From positions 32,001-96,000 of the forward strand of contig CAVPLM010000014.1 of assembly GCA_963706025.1 (NCBI GenBank): a stretch of DNA of 64,000 nt, given 5' to 3'. Below the pieces are notes generated by a model. It had not been told where the DNA came from. It worked only from the letters and a program-made list of their open reading frames with translations, and did not search any database. Position 1 is the stretch's first letter. Each line of letters begins with the position of its first letter. This DNA comes from an uncultured Actinomycetes bacterium (lineage in GTDB: Bacteria > Actinomycetota > Thermoleophilia > RBG-16-64-13). The position numbers and the translations under genes are program-made. This document shows, piece after piece, positions 28,940 through 38,127 of this stretch.

Positions 28940-30330
28940 GATCTCGCCGCTCTTGTTCCTCGAGAAGGCGGGGGATAATGCCGGCTAGAAGATATCTCCC
29001 GGTACCAGGCGGTGTAGGCGTCCACCTGCCTGCGTAGATCAAAACGCAGCCGTGCATCTTCCGCAGCGTTTCTGCCCATGGATGTACGCAATGCCTCATC
29101 GCTCAGCAGTCTGACAATGGCATCGGCCATGGCCCCAGCGTCCCCAGGCTGCACCAATACACCGTTGTACGCGTCCTTTATCTGCTCCGGGGTTCCCCCC
29201 ACGGCACTGGCTACCACTGGGATCCCACAGGCTAGAGCCTCGCTGATCGCCAGGCTCATGGTCTCCGCGCGAGCTGCGCTTAGGTAGATGTCGGCCGCCT
29301 GGCAATAGCGGGCCACCACATCAGGATCTTTCTGATAGGGAACGAAACGCAACTCGACCTGTCCGATGTGCTTAACGGGTGATTCTTCGCCGAGAGCTAC
29401 GCAGAGCACGCGCTTTCCCTCCGGGAGGCCGGCGATCCGAGTGACGGCAGACAGGATGGTGCGGTGGTCCTTCCAGCCACCTTTCCGCATGCCGTAGCCC
29501 GAGAACAGCAACATCCTAGCGTCCTGAGGGATGCCCAAGGCCACCCGGGCAGACTGACGATCGCCCGGTCGAAAGACGGAAAGGTCCACTCCGTTGTTGA
29601 TGATCCTTGATTCCACGATCGCGGGCGCCAGTATCGACCGCCGTACCTTAGCCATCAGCCACTCACAGGGAGTGGCCACATACAGGCGGCTTCTTGCGTA
29701 TATGTCCCGCTTGCGCTGCCAATTGAAGGCTGTCGCGTCTCGCCGGACCGCCGGGTAGAGACCGAGATCCGGGCACTCTCCACACCCGGTCTGCCAGCGT
29801 TCACAGGCGAGCGAATGAGCGCAGTGGCCGCTGAGCAGCCAGGCGTCGTGTAGCGTCAGGATGGTAGCCACCTGACTGCTCAGCCACGGTAGGGCTCGTA
29901 GGTCGAAAAAGCCGCCGTGCAAGTTGTGGCAGTGGAGGATCGTTGGGCGCTCCACCGTCAGATCCAGCAGGCCATAGGTGGCCGGATAGTCGAAGTCCTC
30001 GTGTCCTTGCAGTCTCTCCCACGCGCGGGGGGGGTCCGCGATGCCCCGCAACACGCCCTTGGCTACGGCGGCTCCCCCTACTCTCCTGGCCACGGGTTGC
30101 AGCCAACGATTCGTAGCCTGCCGTGCTTTGGTTCGGAGGTCGCCTCCACCGCGGCCTGATATCGGAAGCACATCCGGCTCTCCACTCCGTTTCCTCCCGA
30201 CAACGAGCCACGATTCGAGACCATTGGAACGATAGGAGCAGAAGAGATTCCGAGCGACACTCTCGGCGCCGCCGAGAGCGTCCGCCGTACTGACCTGCAT
30301 GATCCGCAACCGACTGTCGGCATCATTCAT
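28936..30330 (-). CDS. glycosyltransferase family 4 (WcaC-like, with HC..C..W..GC..CP Cys cluster)
   Basis: HCHNLHGG, TLHDAWLLSGHCAH..C..W..GCGECP, EALACGIPVVA. Confidence 0.9.
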   Translation of the reverse strand: MNDADSRLRIMQVSTADALGGAESVARNLFCSYRSNGLESWLVVGRKRSGEPDVLPISGRGGGDLRTKARQATNRWLQPVARRVGGAAVAKGVLRGIADPPRAWERLQGHEDFDYPATYGLLDLTVERPTILHCHNLHGGFFDLRALPWLSSQVATILTLHDAWLLSGHCAHSLACERWQTGCGECPDLGLYPAVRRDATAFNWQRKRDIYARSRLYVATPCEWLMAKVRRSILAPAIVESRIINNGVDLSVFRPGDRQSARVALGIPQDARMLLFSGYGMRKGGWKDHRTILSAVTRIAGLPEGKRVLCVALGEESPVKHIGQVELRFVPYQKDPDVVARYCQAADIYLSAARAETMSLAISEALACGIPVVASAVGGTPEQIKDAYNGVLVQPGDAGAMADAIVRLLSDEALRTSMGRNAAEDARLRFDLRRQVDAYTAWYREISSSRHYPPPSRGTRAARS

Positions 30331-31375
30331 CGAAGAAGGCCTCCAGTCGACGCGAGAACTCGTCGCCCGTCCAGTTGCGCACGGTGAAGCGCGGGATCCG
30401 GAAACGGTCCGTGCCGCGAAAGACTCTGCCGGGAAAGATGGAGCATGCGCACCGGTAGCCGCTCTCCCTTACCAACCTGACGGTGACCGACGTGAAATCC
30501 GTGCGTTCCCCGAATGGATAGGAGAAGCACTGCACCCGCGCATTCAGAATACGTTCCAGCCTGCGCTTGCTTCCTTCGATCTCCTCCCTCTGGACGGCTG
30601 TGGGCTGCGCAGACAGCAAGAGATGGGTCATTGTGTGGGAGCCGATTTCCACCAGCCCATCCTTCGCCAAGGCCACCACTTCTTCCTCGGCAAGCGCCCG
30701 GTTGTGGGCGCGGCCTATGCCATCCACGTTGGCCCAGCTGCGGAGGGAGTCCAGTACCTGCATCCGCGCCGGGGTATCCAAAGGCCGCAACAGTTCACAC
30801 AAGTCCCGATAGACCGCCTGGCGGGTTGAGCAGGGCTGATCGGACAGCACGTGCCACCGTCGATCGGGTCTGTCCTCCTCGGGTGGGAGATGCCAGGAGA
30901 GCTGCTTCGGTCCGACGGTCAGGTGGAGCCATTCTGGCAGACTGGGCTCTTGCAGGAGGATCCTCTCCAACTCGTCCCACCAGAACTCCTCCAGCGACCC
31001 TATCTGGCCGGCGATCACGAACACCGTCGCCGGGATTCCAGCCGCCCGCAACAGCGGCAGGCCGTGGTGAAGATTGTCGGCGTAGCCGTCGTCGAAGGTG
31101 ACAACCACCGAGCGACCACCTCGCGATCGCCCGTTCTTCGACCACCCGCGTGTATGATCATGCAAGCCACCGAGCCGGACCGGCACGTAGCTCTGCCCCA
31201 GGATCTCCAGATGTTCGGCGAAATTGCGGGGAGAAACGGCGAGTAGCTGAGGGTCTGTGTCCAGATCGGCCACTCGATGGTAGAGGAGAACCACGCTCGA
31301 CCGGAGCGCTCTCATCGCGTAGCGTCTCAGCACCTTCTTCCCGTAGTGCCGCAGCTGAGTTTGGTCTACTCGCAT
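30323..31375 (-). CDS. polysaccharide deacetylase (NodB/CE4)
   Basis: LLYHRV, VTFDDGY, IGSHTMTH, FSYPFG, IPR. Confidence 0.9.
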   Translation of the reverse strand: MRVDQTQLRHYGKKVLRRYAMRALRSSVVLLYHRVADLDTDPQLLAVSPRNFAEHLEILGQSYVPVRLGGLHDHTRGWSKNGRSRGGRSVVVTFDDGYADNLHHGLPLLRAAGIPATVFVIAGQIGSLEEFWWDELERILLQEPSLPEWLHLTVGPKQLSWHLPPEEDRPDRRWHVLSDQPCSTRQAVYRDLCELLRPLDTPARMQVLDSLRSWANVDGIGRAHNRALAEEEVVALAKDGLVEIGSHTMTHLLLSAQPTAVQREEIEGSKRRLERILNARVQCFSYPFGERTDFTSVTVRLVRESGYRCACSIFPGRVFRGTDRFRIPRFTVRNWTGDEFSRRLEAFFDE

Positions 31376-31390
31376 CCGACTCGGCCCGTC

Positions 31391-32542
31391 CTAGCGTCGC
31401 TCGGCAACGACGCGTGAAAGATGCTCGATGAGTGCCCTAGAGGCAGTGGTCCAGTTGAGGCGGGAGCGGTATTCCTCCTGCGAAGCCAGGGCAAGCGGAA
31501 CGTATGTCTCGTCGTAGGAGGCCATGCACCGGGCGATGGACTCCGCCGCATCCTCGACGAAGCGATCCTCGCCGAACAGGTAGCCGTTCGTACCATGTGT
31601 GACAACAGACTCGATGCCGCCCGTCCGAACCGACACGGACGGCACCCCGTACGCGCTCGCTTCGCAGAAGACGACCGGGGTGCAATCGGCGCGCGAGGGA
31701 AGGCAGAGAAAGTGGCTCCCCGCCAGCAGACGTGTGATCATAGCTTCCCCGGAGGGGGTCGACTTGTCGACGAAGCCGAGGCAGTCGACGAGCTCCGGAC
31801 CGTGAACCTTCGGAGCTTGACAGCCGACGACTGTCAGCTTCGTGGGGATGCCCGACTCCGTCAGTCTCGAGGCGACCGCTAGGGCCAGATCGCCGCCTTT
31901 GCGGTACCAATCCACTCCGATGAAGAGCAGCCGGCACTCGTCTCGCGGGCGTCGCTGAACCGAGGCAGCGACCTCAGTTCGACTCGGTTCTACCTCTAGA
32001 TTGGCGCCAAACGGCACGACATGCACCCTCGCGGGGTCGGCATCGTAGTCTTCGACCGCCGACTGCGCCGCCCAAGCCGAGGAATAGAGAGCCGCCCCAA
32101 CGCGGGCAAGTGCCGCCCGCTCCATCGCGTGACCGGCGAGAACGCTTTCTGTGCAAAGACCTGAGAACGACGGGTAATAGTCGACCATACTGGCGAAGGT
32201 CGCGTCCGTCCAGGTGACGATGGGAAGTTCGGTGCTCAGATACGCGATCGGTATGGTGCTGGGACTGAAGACGGCATCGACTTTCAGACCTCCGAGCCGC
32301 GACTCCACCTGACGCGCATAGTGATGCAGCACGCCAGGATCGCGGTCATAGAGATAGGCGCAGCCGAAGTGACCCTGGAGTGCCGCGCGTGCGCGCAAGA
32401 GCCTGCCGAACCGTGTCTTGAGGGGCCCGATGTGCTCGAGAGCGACCCCCCGTTGGATAAGGGCGCGAGCCATGTGATGGGGAGTACCCGACCACTGGCG
32501 CACATCCGCCGCATCGTACGTCGTGACGAACGCAAGCTTCAA
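31391..32542 (-). CDS. glycosyltransferase family 4
   Basis: WSGTP, WTDAT, VVPFGAN, LLFIGVDWYRKGGD, LPSRADCTPVVFCEASAYG. Confidence 0.9.
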   Translation of the reverse strand: MKLAFVTTYDAADVRQWSGTPHHMARALIQRGVALEHIGPLKTRFGRLLRARAALQGHFGCAYLYDRDPGVLHHYARQVESRLGGLKVDAVFSPSTIPIAYLSTELPIVTWTDATFASMVDYYPSFSGLCTESVLAGHAMERAALARVGAALYSSAWAAQSAVEDYDADPARVHVVPFGANLEVEPSRTEVAASVQRRPRDECRLLFIGVDWYRKGGDLALAVASRLTESGIPTKLTVVGCQAPKVHGPELVDCLGFVDKSTPSGEAMITRLLAGSHFLCLPSRADCTPVVFCEASAYGVPSVSVRTGGIESVVTHGTNGYLFGEDRFVEDAAESIARCMASYDETYVPLALASQEEYRSRLNWTTASRALIEHLSRVVAERR

Positions 32543-32912
32543 CGGGCACCGGTGCGCCGTGGACCAGGATCCGCGTGTTCGTGCGACTGCCGATCTACCT
32601 CAAAGCCTCCGCCGGCTCGAATGGTTTTGGTTGCAGGCCTCCCATCTCGTCCCACATTCTACCAGCGCGCAGTTTGGCCTCGTGCGAGGCCATCAGCGAG
32701 TAAGCTCGGCGCCTCGTCTGCGACGTCATTGTTGCGATAGGTCTTCTTGGCTACCATACGTGCGGAGGGCAGCGATGCCCAGCGGCCATGTGGGTGGTTG
32801 CCGGGCTGCACGGAGCCCGCGTGGGACTGGAGGCAGCATTGTTCACCAGGGGAGGCGGCGGAGATGGAGGCTTTGGAGCCGCTGCACCGACGCATGAAGG
32901 GGTAAGCGAACG

Positions 32913-33872
32913 ATGAGGCTTCGCGCGTTCTATGAAGCCCATGTCAAGTCCTACCTCCCATCTAGGATGCAGGCGTTCTTGCATGGAGCCGCGAGGCGAT
33001 ATGACCTTTGGCGGCTTGGACCCCAACCGACGAGGATCCTCGGACCTAGGTGGAGACGCAGCCGAGACGAGGTTACGATGGATATCACGTACGCGTGCGA
33101 CCTCGGTTGCTTCAACTGCAATCGGTCCTGTTCACAGGACCCCTCCGGCGATCACATGTCCATCGGGCAGGTCCGGCAGTTCTTGGAGGAAAGCAGAGCG
33201 CGCCAGATTCGGTGGAAGCGGATCGGTCTTTTAGGGGGCGAGCCGACATGCCATCCGCAGTTTCTGGAGGTGGTCGATCTGGTCGTTCAGTACCGCGACG
33301 AGTTCTCTCCAGAGACTCAGATCAGAGTGGTTACGAATGGCTACAGTGCTCGGACGAAGAGACTGCTTTTGCAGCTGCCTGCCGACGTGTACGTGAAGGA
33401 CTCTGCTAAATGCACCCGTGAGCAACCTTTCTTCTACACCTTCAACGTAGCCCCCGTCGACGTCCGCGATTATGAGCGTGTGGACTTCTATAACGCCTGT
33501 CCTGATACCCAGGTCTGCGGCATCGGTGTGACTCCCTACGGGTACTATCCGTGCGGGGTCGCCGGAGCTATCGACAGAACGTTCGGTTTTGACCTCGGAA
33601 GGAAGGTGCTTCCTGCTAGTGACGATGACATGAAACAGGAGTTGCGTACGTTCTGTGCCCTATGCGGCAGCTTCAAGGTGCACTCAGGTGAATCGCAGGA
33701 CGACTCGCTGGACGGCACGGTGATGTCACGGGCCTGGGTGGAGGCGTATGAGCGCGCGCGGCAGAGCCCAGTGCGTCTCTCCCGGCTGGGGGAGCGGGAG
33801 AGCTCGTCCCAGCTGGAGGATCGCACTGGCCGGCCGTCGGGCGACGCGATGTCGGGACCAACCGGGAGGTGA
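32913..33872 (+). CDS. radical SAM protein with C-terminal Cys (Twitch-like) extension
   Basis: DITYACDLGCFNC, LGGEPTCHP, VTNG, C..CGIG..YPCG..CALC. Confidence 0.88.
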   Translation: MRLRAFYEAHVKSYLPSRMQAFLHGAARRYDLWRLGPQPTRILGPRWRRSRDEVTMDITYACDLGCFNCNRSCSQDPSGDHMSIGQVRQFLEESRARQIRWKRIGLLGGEPTCHPQFLEVVDLVVQYRDEFSPETQIRVVTNGYSARTKRLLLQLPADVYVKDSAKCTREQPFFYTFNVAPVDVRDYERVDFYNACPDTQVCGIGVTPYGYYPCGVAGAIDRTFGFDLGRKVLPASDDDMKQELRTFCALCGSFKVHSGESQDDSLDGTVMSRAWVEAYERARQSPVRLSRLGERESSSQLEDRTGRPSGDAMSGPTGR

Positions 33873-34936
33873 CTCCGTTGACCGGGAGCGGCGACCGGGA
33901 TATTCGCGTGATAGAAGGCAGAGAGGCCGATCCCTCTCAGCTCTCTGCTCTGTTTGACGAAGCCTTTGGACCGGTGATGAGCCGCTTCTTGATGGAGCAT
34001 GCGGAGTGGATCCATCGGGGACCGGTGGGCCGTTTCGTCGCTACGGTCGACGGCGTAGTGGCGGGATTTCGTGGGATCATCCTCACGAGATGCATGTTGG
34101 CGGGCGAGGAGCTCTCTGCGGCATGGGGGATGAACCTGTACGTGCGGCCGCAGTTCAGAGGCCTGGGCCTGCAGAGACTGCTCGATGAGCGCCTTCAACG
34201 GGCCGCCGACATAAGGATGAGCTTTCCGGGCGAGCTTGGCGCAATAATCTACGCCAAGCAGGGGCACGGACTACGGGAGGGCCTCTGGGAGTGGCACATG
34301 CCTTTTGCACCGGTATCTTACTGGAGGGGTAGGGACGCGAGCATCCGTGCCGTCGCAAGACAGACACCCGCGGCTGCGCGCGCGGCCTTGTTTCAGGCCC
34401 GGGCTGGGTCTTACCGACGCACGCGTACCGAGGTGGTCGACCAACCTGACTTGACGGTGCTGGAAGACGTCTTTCGTCGATACGTCGATCCCGAGTCAGT
34501 GACTACCCTCCGCGACGCGGCCTTTCTCCGCTGGCGTTATCTGGAAGCTCCTTACCGTTCCGATCTGGCTTTCTATCTGACCAGTCTTCGCGGGCAGCAT
34601 ACCCACTACGCGATCGTACGCCATGGTAGATCGCCATCGGCACCGGCTCGCGTCCTCGATCTGTTCGGGGACTTGCGGGACGAAGAGGGATTGGCCGATC
34701 TCATTCGCGCCATACTGCGCGACGCGTCTCGGCGCCGGATGAGCCACGCGGCGATCCTTGTCACCTCACCTCAGCTTGCGCGCGCCGTTCGCGCCTGCCG
34801 CTTTTTCCCGATCAACCCGTATCGCTTCCGCTGGTCGGCGGAGGCCCCACGGGTTCATGCGCGCTTTGCCACCGCTCAAATCTATTGGACGCTTGGGGAC
34901 AGCGATAACGACCTCCAAGCAGTGGCGTTCGCTTGA
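33869..34936 (+). CDS. GNAT family N-acyltransferase (tandem GNAT-like)
   Basis: LYVRPQFRGLGLQ motif A; LRWRY in second domain; GTGA overlap with radical SAM gene. Confidence 0.8.
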   Translation: MTPLTGSGDRDIRVIEGREADPSQLSALFDEAFGPVMSRFLMEHAEWIHRGPVGRFVATVDGVVAGFRGIILTRCMLAGEELSAAWGMNLYVRPQFRGLGLQRLLDERLQRAADIRMSFPGELGAIIYAKQGHGLREGLWEWHMPFAPVSYWRGRDASIRAVARQTPAAARAALFQARAGSYRRTRTEVVDQPDLTVLEDVFRRYVDPESVTTLRDAAFLRWRYLEAPYRSDLAFYLTSLRGQHTHYAIVRHGRSPSAPARVLDLFGDLRDEEGLADLIRAILRDASRRRMSHAAILVTSPQLARAVRACRFFPINPYRFRWSAEAPRVHARFATAQIYWTLGDSDNDLQAVAFA

Positions 34937-36243
34937 AAGTCGTCCACCTCAATACTCAGGACATCGTTGGAGGGGCTGCGCGGGCGATCTATAGGATCCA
35001 CCGAGGGTTGCTGGCCCTTGGAGAGGACTCGACCCTAATGGTGCGCGACAAGTCGAGCGGGGATCCCACCGTTGTGGCCTTCGAACCGAGCCCTGACCTC
35101 GCCGCCCGGTTGCGGCGGGTTCGCCGACAGCGGGCTATCAACCGCGACGGCCGCCGCCACCTTTGGGACCGTTCGGTTGGCTACGAGTTGTTCAGTGACG
35201 ATCGCAGCGCGCTCGGGCCGGCGCTGGTCCAGAGGCTGCCGGCGGCCGATATCATCAGCCTCAACTGGATCCCGGGCTTCGTCGACATCGGAAGCTTCTT
35301 CCGAGGCTTCTCGCCCAACGCGCGGCTTGTCTGGCGCCTTCCGGACATGTTCCCCTTCACCGGAGGCTGCCACTACGATGGCGGCTGCGGGCGATATGCC
35401 GAGTCCTGCGGCAACTGCCCCCAGCTGGCCTCCAACGGAAACGCCGATCTGTCCCGTCGTATCTGGCAGCGGAAGAAGGATGCCTACGATCGCCTGGCGA
35501 GGGACCAGCTCCAGCTGGTGGCGGTCAGCAGCCTCCAGGTCGAGGAGGTTCGTCGAAGCAGCCTGCTCGGCAGATTCCCGGTCACCATGATCCCTGCCTG
35601 TGTCGACGTGGCCACCTTCACGCCCAGGCCGAAGGTCGCGGTCAGAGAATCCCTCGGTCTGCCGCCACACCGGCTGATCGTGCTTATGGTGGCCGATACC
35701 TTGACCCGCCGCGCCAAAGGTGCTTCCTTGCTGGCTGCTGCGATAGGCCTGTTGGACAGAGACCATAGGCCGTTGGTCATGACTGTAGGCCGCAATGCAC
35801 CGGAGTTCGCGGCCGAGTTCGATCATCTCCACTGGGGCCATGTGAGCGACGATCGGCTGCTCGCGCTTCTCTACTCTGCCGCCGACCTGCTCGCGTTCCC
35901 ATCCCTGCAGGAGGCCGGCGGCCAGACCGTTCTCGAGGCTCTGGCCTGCGGCCTGCCTGTGGTAGGGTTCGACAGCGGCGGAGTGCGCGCCGCGATCCGA
36001 CCTGGAGTCACCGGATTCATCGCGGAGGCCAAGACAAGCGAGGCTCTGGCCGCTGCTCTCAAGATCGCTCTCGAGGATGTTGAGCGGCTCCACGCGCTTT
36101 CCCGTGCTTGTCGAGAGACCGCCGAGACGCAGTTCTCGGTCGAGTTGGCGGCTTGGCGCTATCGAGAGCTGTACGGTTCCCTGCTCGCCGGAAACGAGCG
36201 CCGAACTGGAACGCCCGCGTTCCCCCCGGGTCCTGGAAACTGA
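34933..36243 (+). CDS. glycosyltransferase family 4 (WcaC-like)
   Basis: DIVGGAARA.YRIH, DMFPFTGGCHY..GC..Y...CGNCPQL, PSLQEAGGQTVLEALACG. Confidence 0.9.
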   Translation: MKVVHLNTQDIVGGAARAIYRIHRGLLALGEDSTLMVRDKSSGDPTVVAFEPSPDLAARLRRVRRQRAINRDGRRHLWDRSVGYELFSDDRSALGPALVQRLPAADIISLNWIPGFVDIGSFFRGFSPNARLVWRLPDMFPFTGGCHYDGGCGRYAESCGNCPQLASNGNADLSRRIWQRKKDAYDRLARDQLQLVAVSSLQVEEVRRSSLLGRFPVTMIPACVDVATFTPRPKVAVRESLGLPPHRLIVLMVADTLTRRAKGASLLAAAIGLLDRDHRPLVMTVGRNAPEFAAEFDHLHWGHVSDDRLLALLYSAADLLAFPSLQEAGGQTVLEALACGLPVVGFDSGGVRAAIRPGVTGFIAEAKTSEALAAALKIALEDVERLHALSRACRETAETQFSVELAAWRYRELYGSLLAGNERRTGTPAFPPGPGN

Positions 36244-36265
36244 GATGGCCTGAGGATTGCCGAGG

Positions 36266-38044
36266 ATGCCGTTCAACAGAATACGTCCGACGAGCATTCA
36301 ACTCGAGGCCTCGTCTATCTGTCAGTTGAGGTGCCCTTCGTGCCCGACTCACGGCGGGGCCGTGCCTCCGGCGGTGGGTAACGGGTTTCTGAAGCTGCCC
36401 GACTTTCAGGATCTCATCCAGAACAACCCTCGGGTCAGGGAGATCGAGCTCTCGAACTACGGAGAGATCTTCCTCAACCCGGATCTATTGGGAATCCTGG
36501 AATACGCCAACGAGCGGGGAGTCGCGCTGAAAGCCGATAACGGGGTCAATTTCAACAGGGTGAGTGACGAGGTCATCGAAGGGCTGGTGAAATACAAGCT
36601 GAGAAGCATGACGTGCTCCATCGACGGAGCCAGCGAGCAGTCCTATCGGCTGTATAGGGTGAACGGTAGCCTTTCGACAGTGATCGACAACATACGGAAG
36701 CTCAACGCGCTCAAGAGCAGGTACCGATCGGAGTTGCCCAAGCTGGTGTGGCAGTTCGTGGTCTTTGGTCACAACGAGCAGGAGATCTCGCAGGCCAGAG
36801 AACTCGCCCGTGTCCTTGACATGACGTTCTACCCGAAGCTGTCGTGGGACCTGCAGCTCGCGCCCGTCCTTGACAGAGAACTGGTGAGAATGGAGGTCGG
36901 AGCGGCAGACCGCGAGGAATACAAGCAGCGCTTCGGAGTCGACTATGCTCGGGCGTGTTGCCTTAGTCTGTGGAATCGCCCGCAGATCAACTGGGATGGG
37001 AGGGTGTTGGGCTGCTCGCGCAACTTCTGGGGCGACTTTGGAGCGAACGCCTTCACCGAAGGACTGGTGGCGAGCATCAATGGCCCGGGGATGCGGCATG
37101 CGAGACAGATGCTCCTTGGCAAGAAGCCGGCCGAGGAGGGTATTCCCTGCACGATCTGCAGTATCTACCTGGACATGAGAGCAGAAGGCACGTGGTTGAA
37201 GAAGAGTGAAATACGCGCGGGGCGCCGCCCCGCCAGGACCTGGCCGTCGGCGAGGGTCCGACGGTCGGTCGCGTGGCGCGGGACAAGGTCTGTCTACCGG
37301 ACGTTCAGACCGATTCCAGAGTCGACCCCCAACCTGGCCAGCCGGGTCTACTCTCTCACGATCCCACTCCCGCCCGACGACGAACGAGGCTGGAAGTCGT
37401 ACGGCATCTTCGCCGGTTCCACCAAGGGTTTGCGGACCCTGTCCTGCCACGTTTCAGCGCTGACAAAGGACACCTGCCCCCATCCGCCGCACACGCATGA
37501 GGAAGAGGAGATCCTGATACTGCTGGCGGGCGAGGTCGATCTCCTTCTGGCCGACACTCACGCTCCTGGAGCGACAAGACGCATACGTCTTCAACCCGGT
37601 CGGTTCGCCTACTATCCGAAAGATTGTGCCCATACGCTGATAACCACCAGCGAGGACCCGGCCAACTATCTGATGTTCAAATGGCGGGCGCACTCTACAA
37701 GGACGGGATCAGCCCTTGCCTATGGCCTCTTCGACACGCATGACTCCAATCTGGACGAAAGCGCCCCAAATGGGTTCATCTCGCGAATGGTATTCAGCGG
37801 GCCGACGACTTACCTGCAGAAGCTCAGCTGCCATACATCCACCCTTGCTACGGGGGGAGGATATGCTCCCCACGTCGACCCCCACGATGTAGCCATAGTC
37901 GTCCTTCAGGGCGAGGTCGAGACCCTTGGGCAGAGAATCAAGCCTCATGGCGTGATCTTCTACGCGGCGGGGGAGCCTCACGGCATGCACAACCCCGGTC
38001 AGACCGTGGCCAGGTACATAGTGTTCGAATTCCATGGACGGTAG
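36266..38044 (+). CDS. radical SAM/Twitch-SPASM enzyme fused to C-terminal bicupin
   Basis: EASSICQLRCPSC, NYGEIFLNP, SIDG, C...W..GC..CTIC; cupin motifs PHPPHTHEEEEIL..H and PHVDPHD..PHGMHN; single uninterrupted ORF. Confidence 0.85.
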   Translation: MPFNRIRPTSIQLEASSICQLRCPSCPTHGGAVPPAVGNGFLKLPDFQDLIQNNPRVREIELSNYGEIFLNPDLLGILEYANERGVALKADNGVNFNRVSDEVIEGLVKYKLRSMTCSIDGASEQSYRLYRVNGSLSTVIDNIRKLNALKSRYRSELPKLVWQFVVFGHNEQEISQARELARVLDMTFYPKLSWDLQLAPVLDRELVRMEVGAADREEYKQRFGVDYARACCLSLWNRPQINWDGRVLGCSRNFWGDFGANAFTEGLVASINGPGMRHARQMLLGKKPAEEGIPCTICSIYLDMRAEGTWLKKSEIRAGRRPARTWPSARVRRSVAWRGTRSVYRTFRPIPESTPNLASRVYSLTIPLPPDDERGWKSYGIFAGSTKGLRTLSCHVSALTKDTCPHPPHTHEEEEILILLAGEVDLLLADTHAPGATRRIRLQPGRFAYYPKDCAHTLITTSEDPANYLMFKWRAHSTRTGSALAYGLFDTHDSNLDESAPNGFISRMVFSGPTTYLQKLSCHTSTLATGGGYAPHVDPHDVAIVVLQGEVETLGQRIKPHGVIFYAAGEPHGMHNPGQTVARYIVFEFHGR

Positions 38045-38127
38045 ACGGGACTGATCGGCAGGGTCAGACCCCGAGGGCCGGTCCGGACTGCTGGACGTGA
38101 CCCTTAGCCCGCACAGGTACTACAATC

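Noticed and set aside
32775-32905. Small ORFs upstream of the radical SAM gene as RiPP precursors
   Set aside because: No leader/core features, no RRE/PqqD or peptidase nearby, and the context is glycan biosynthesis
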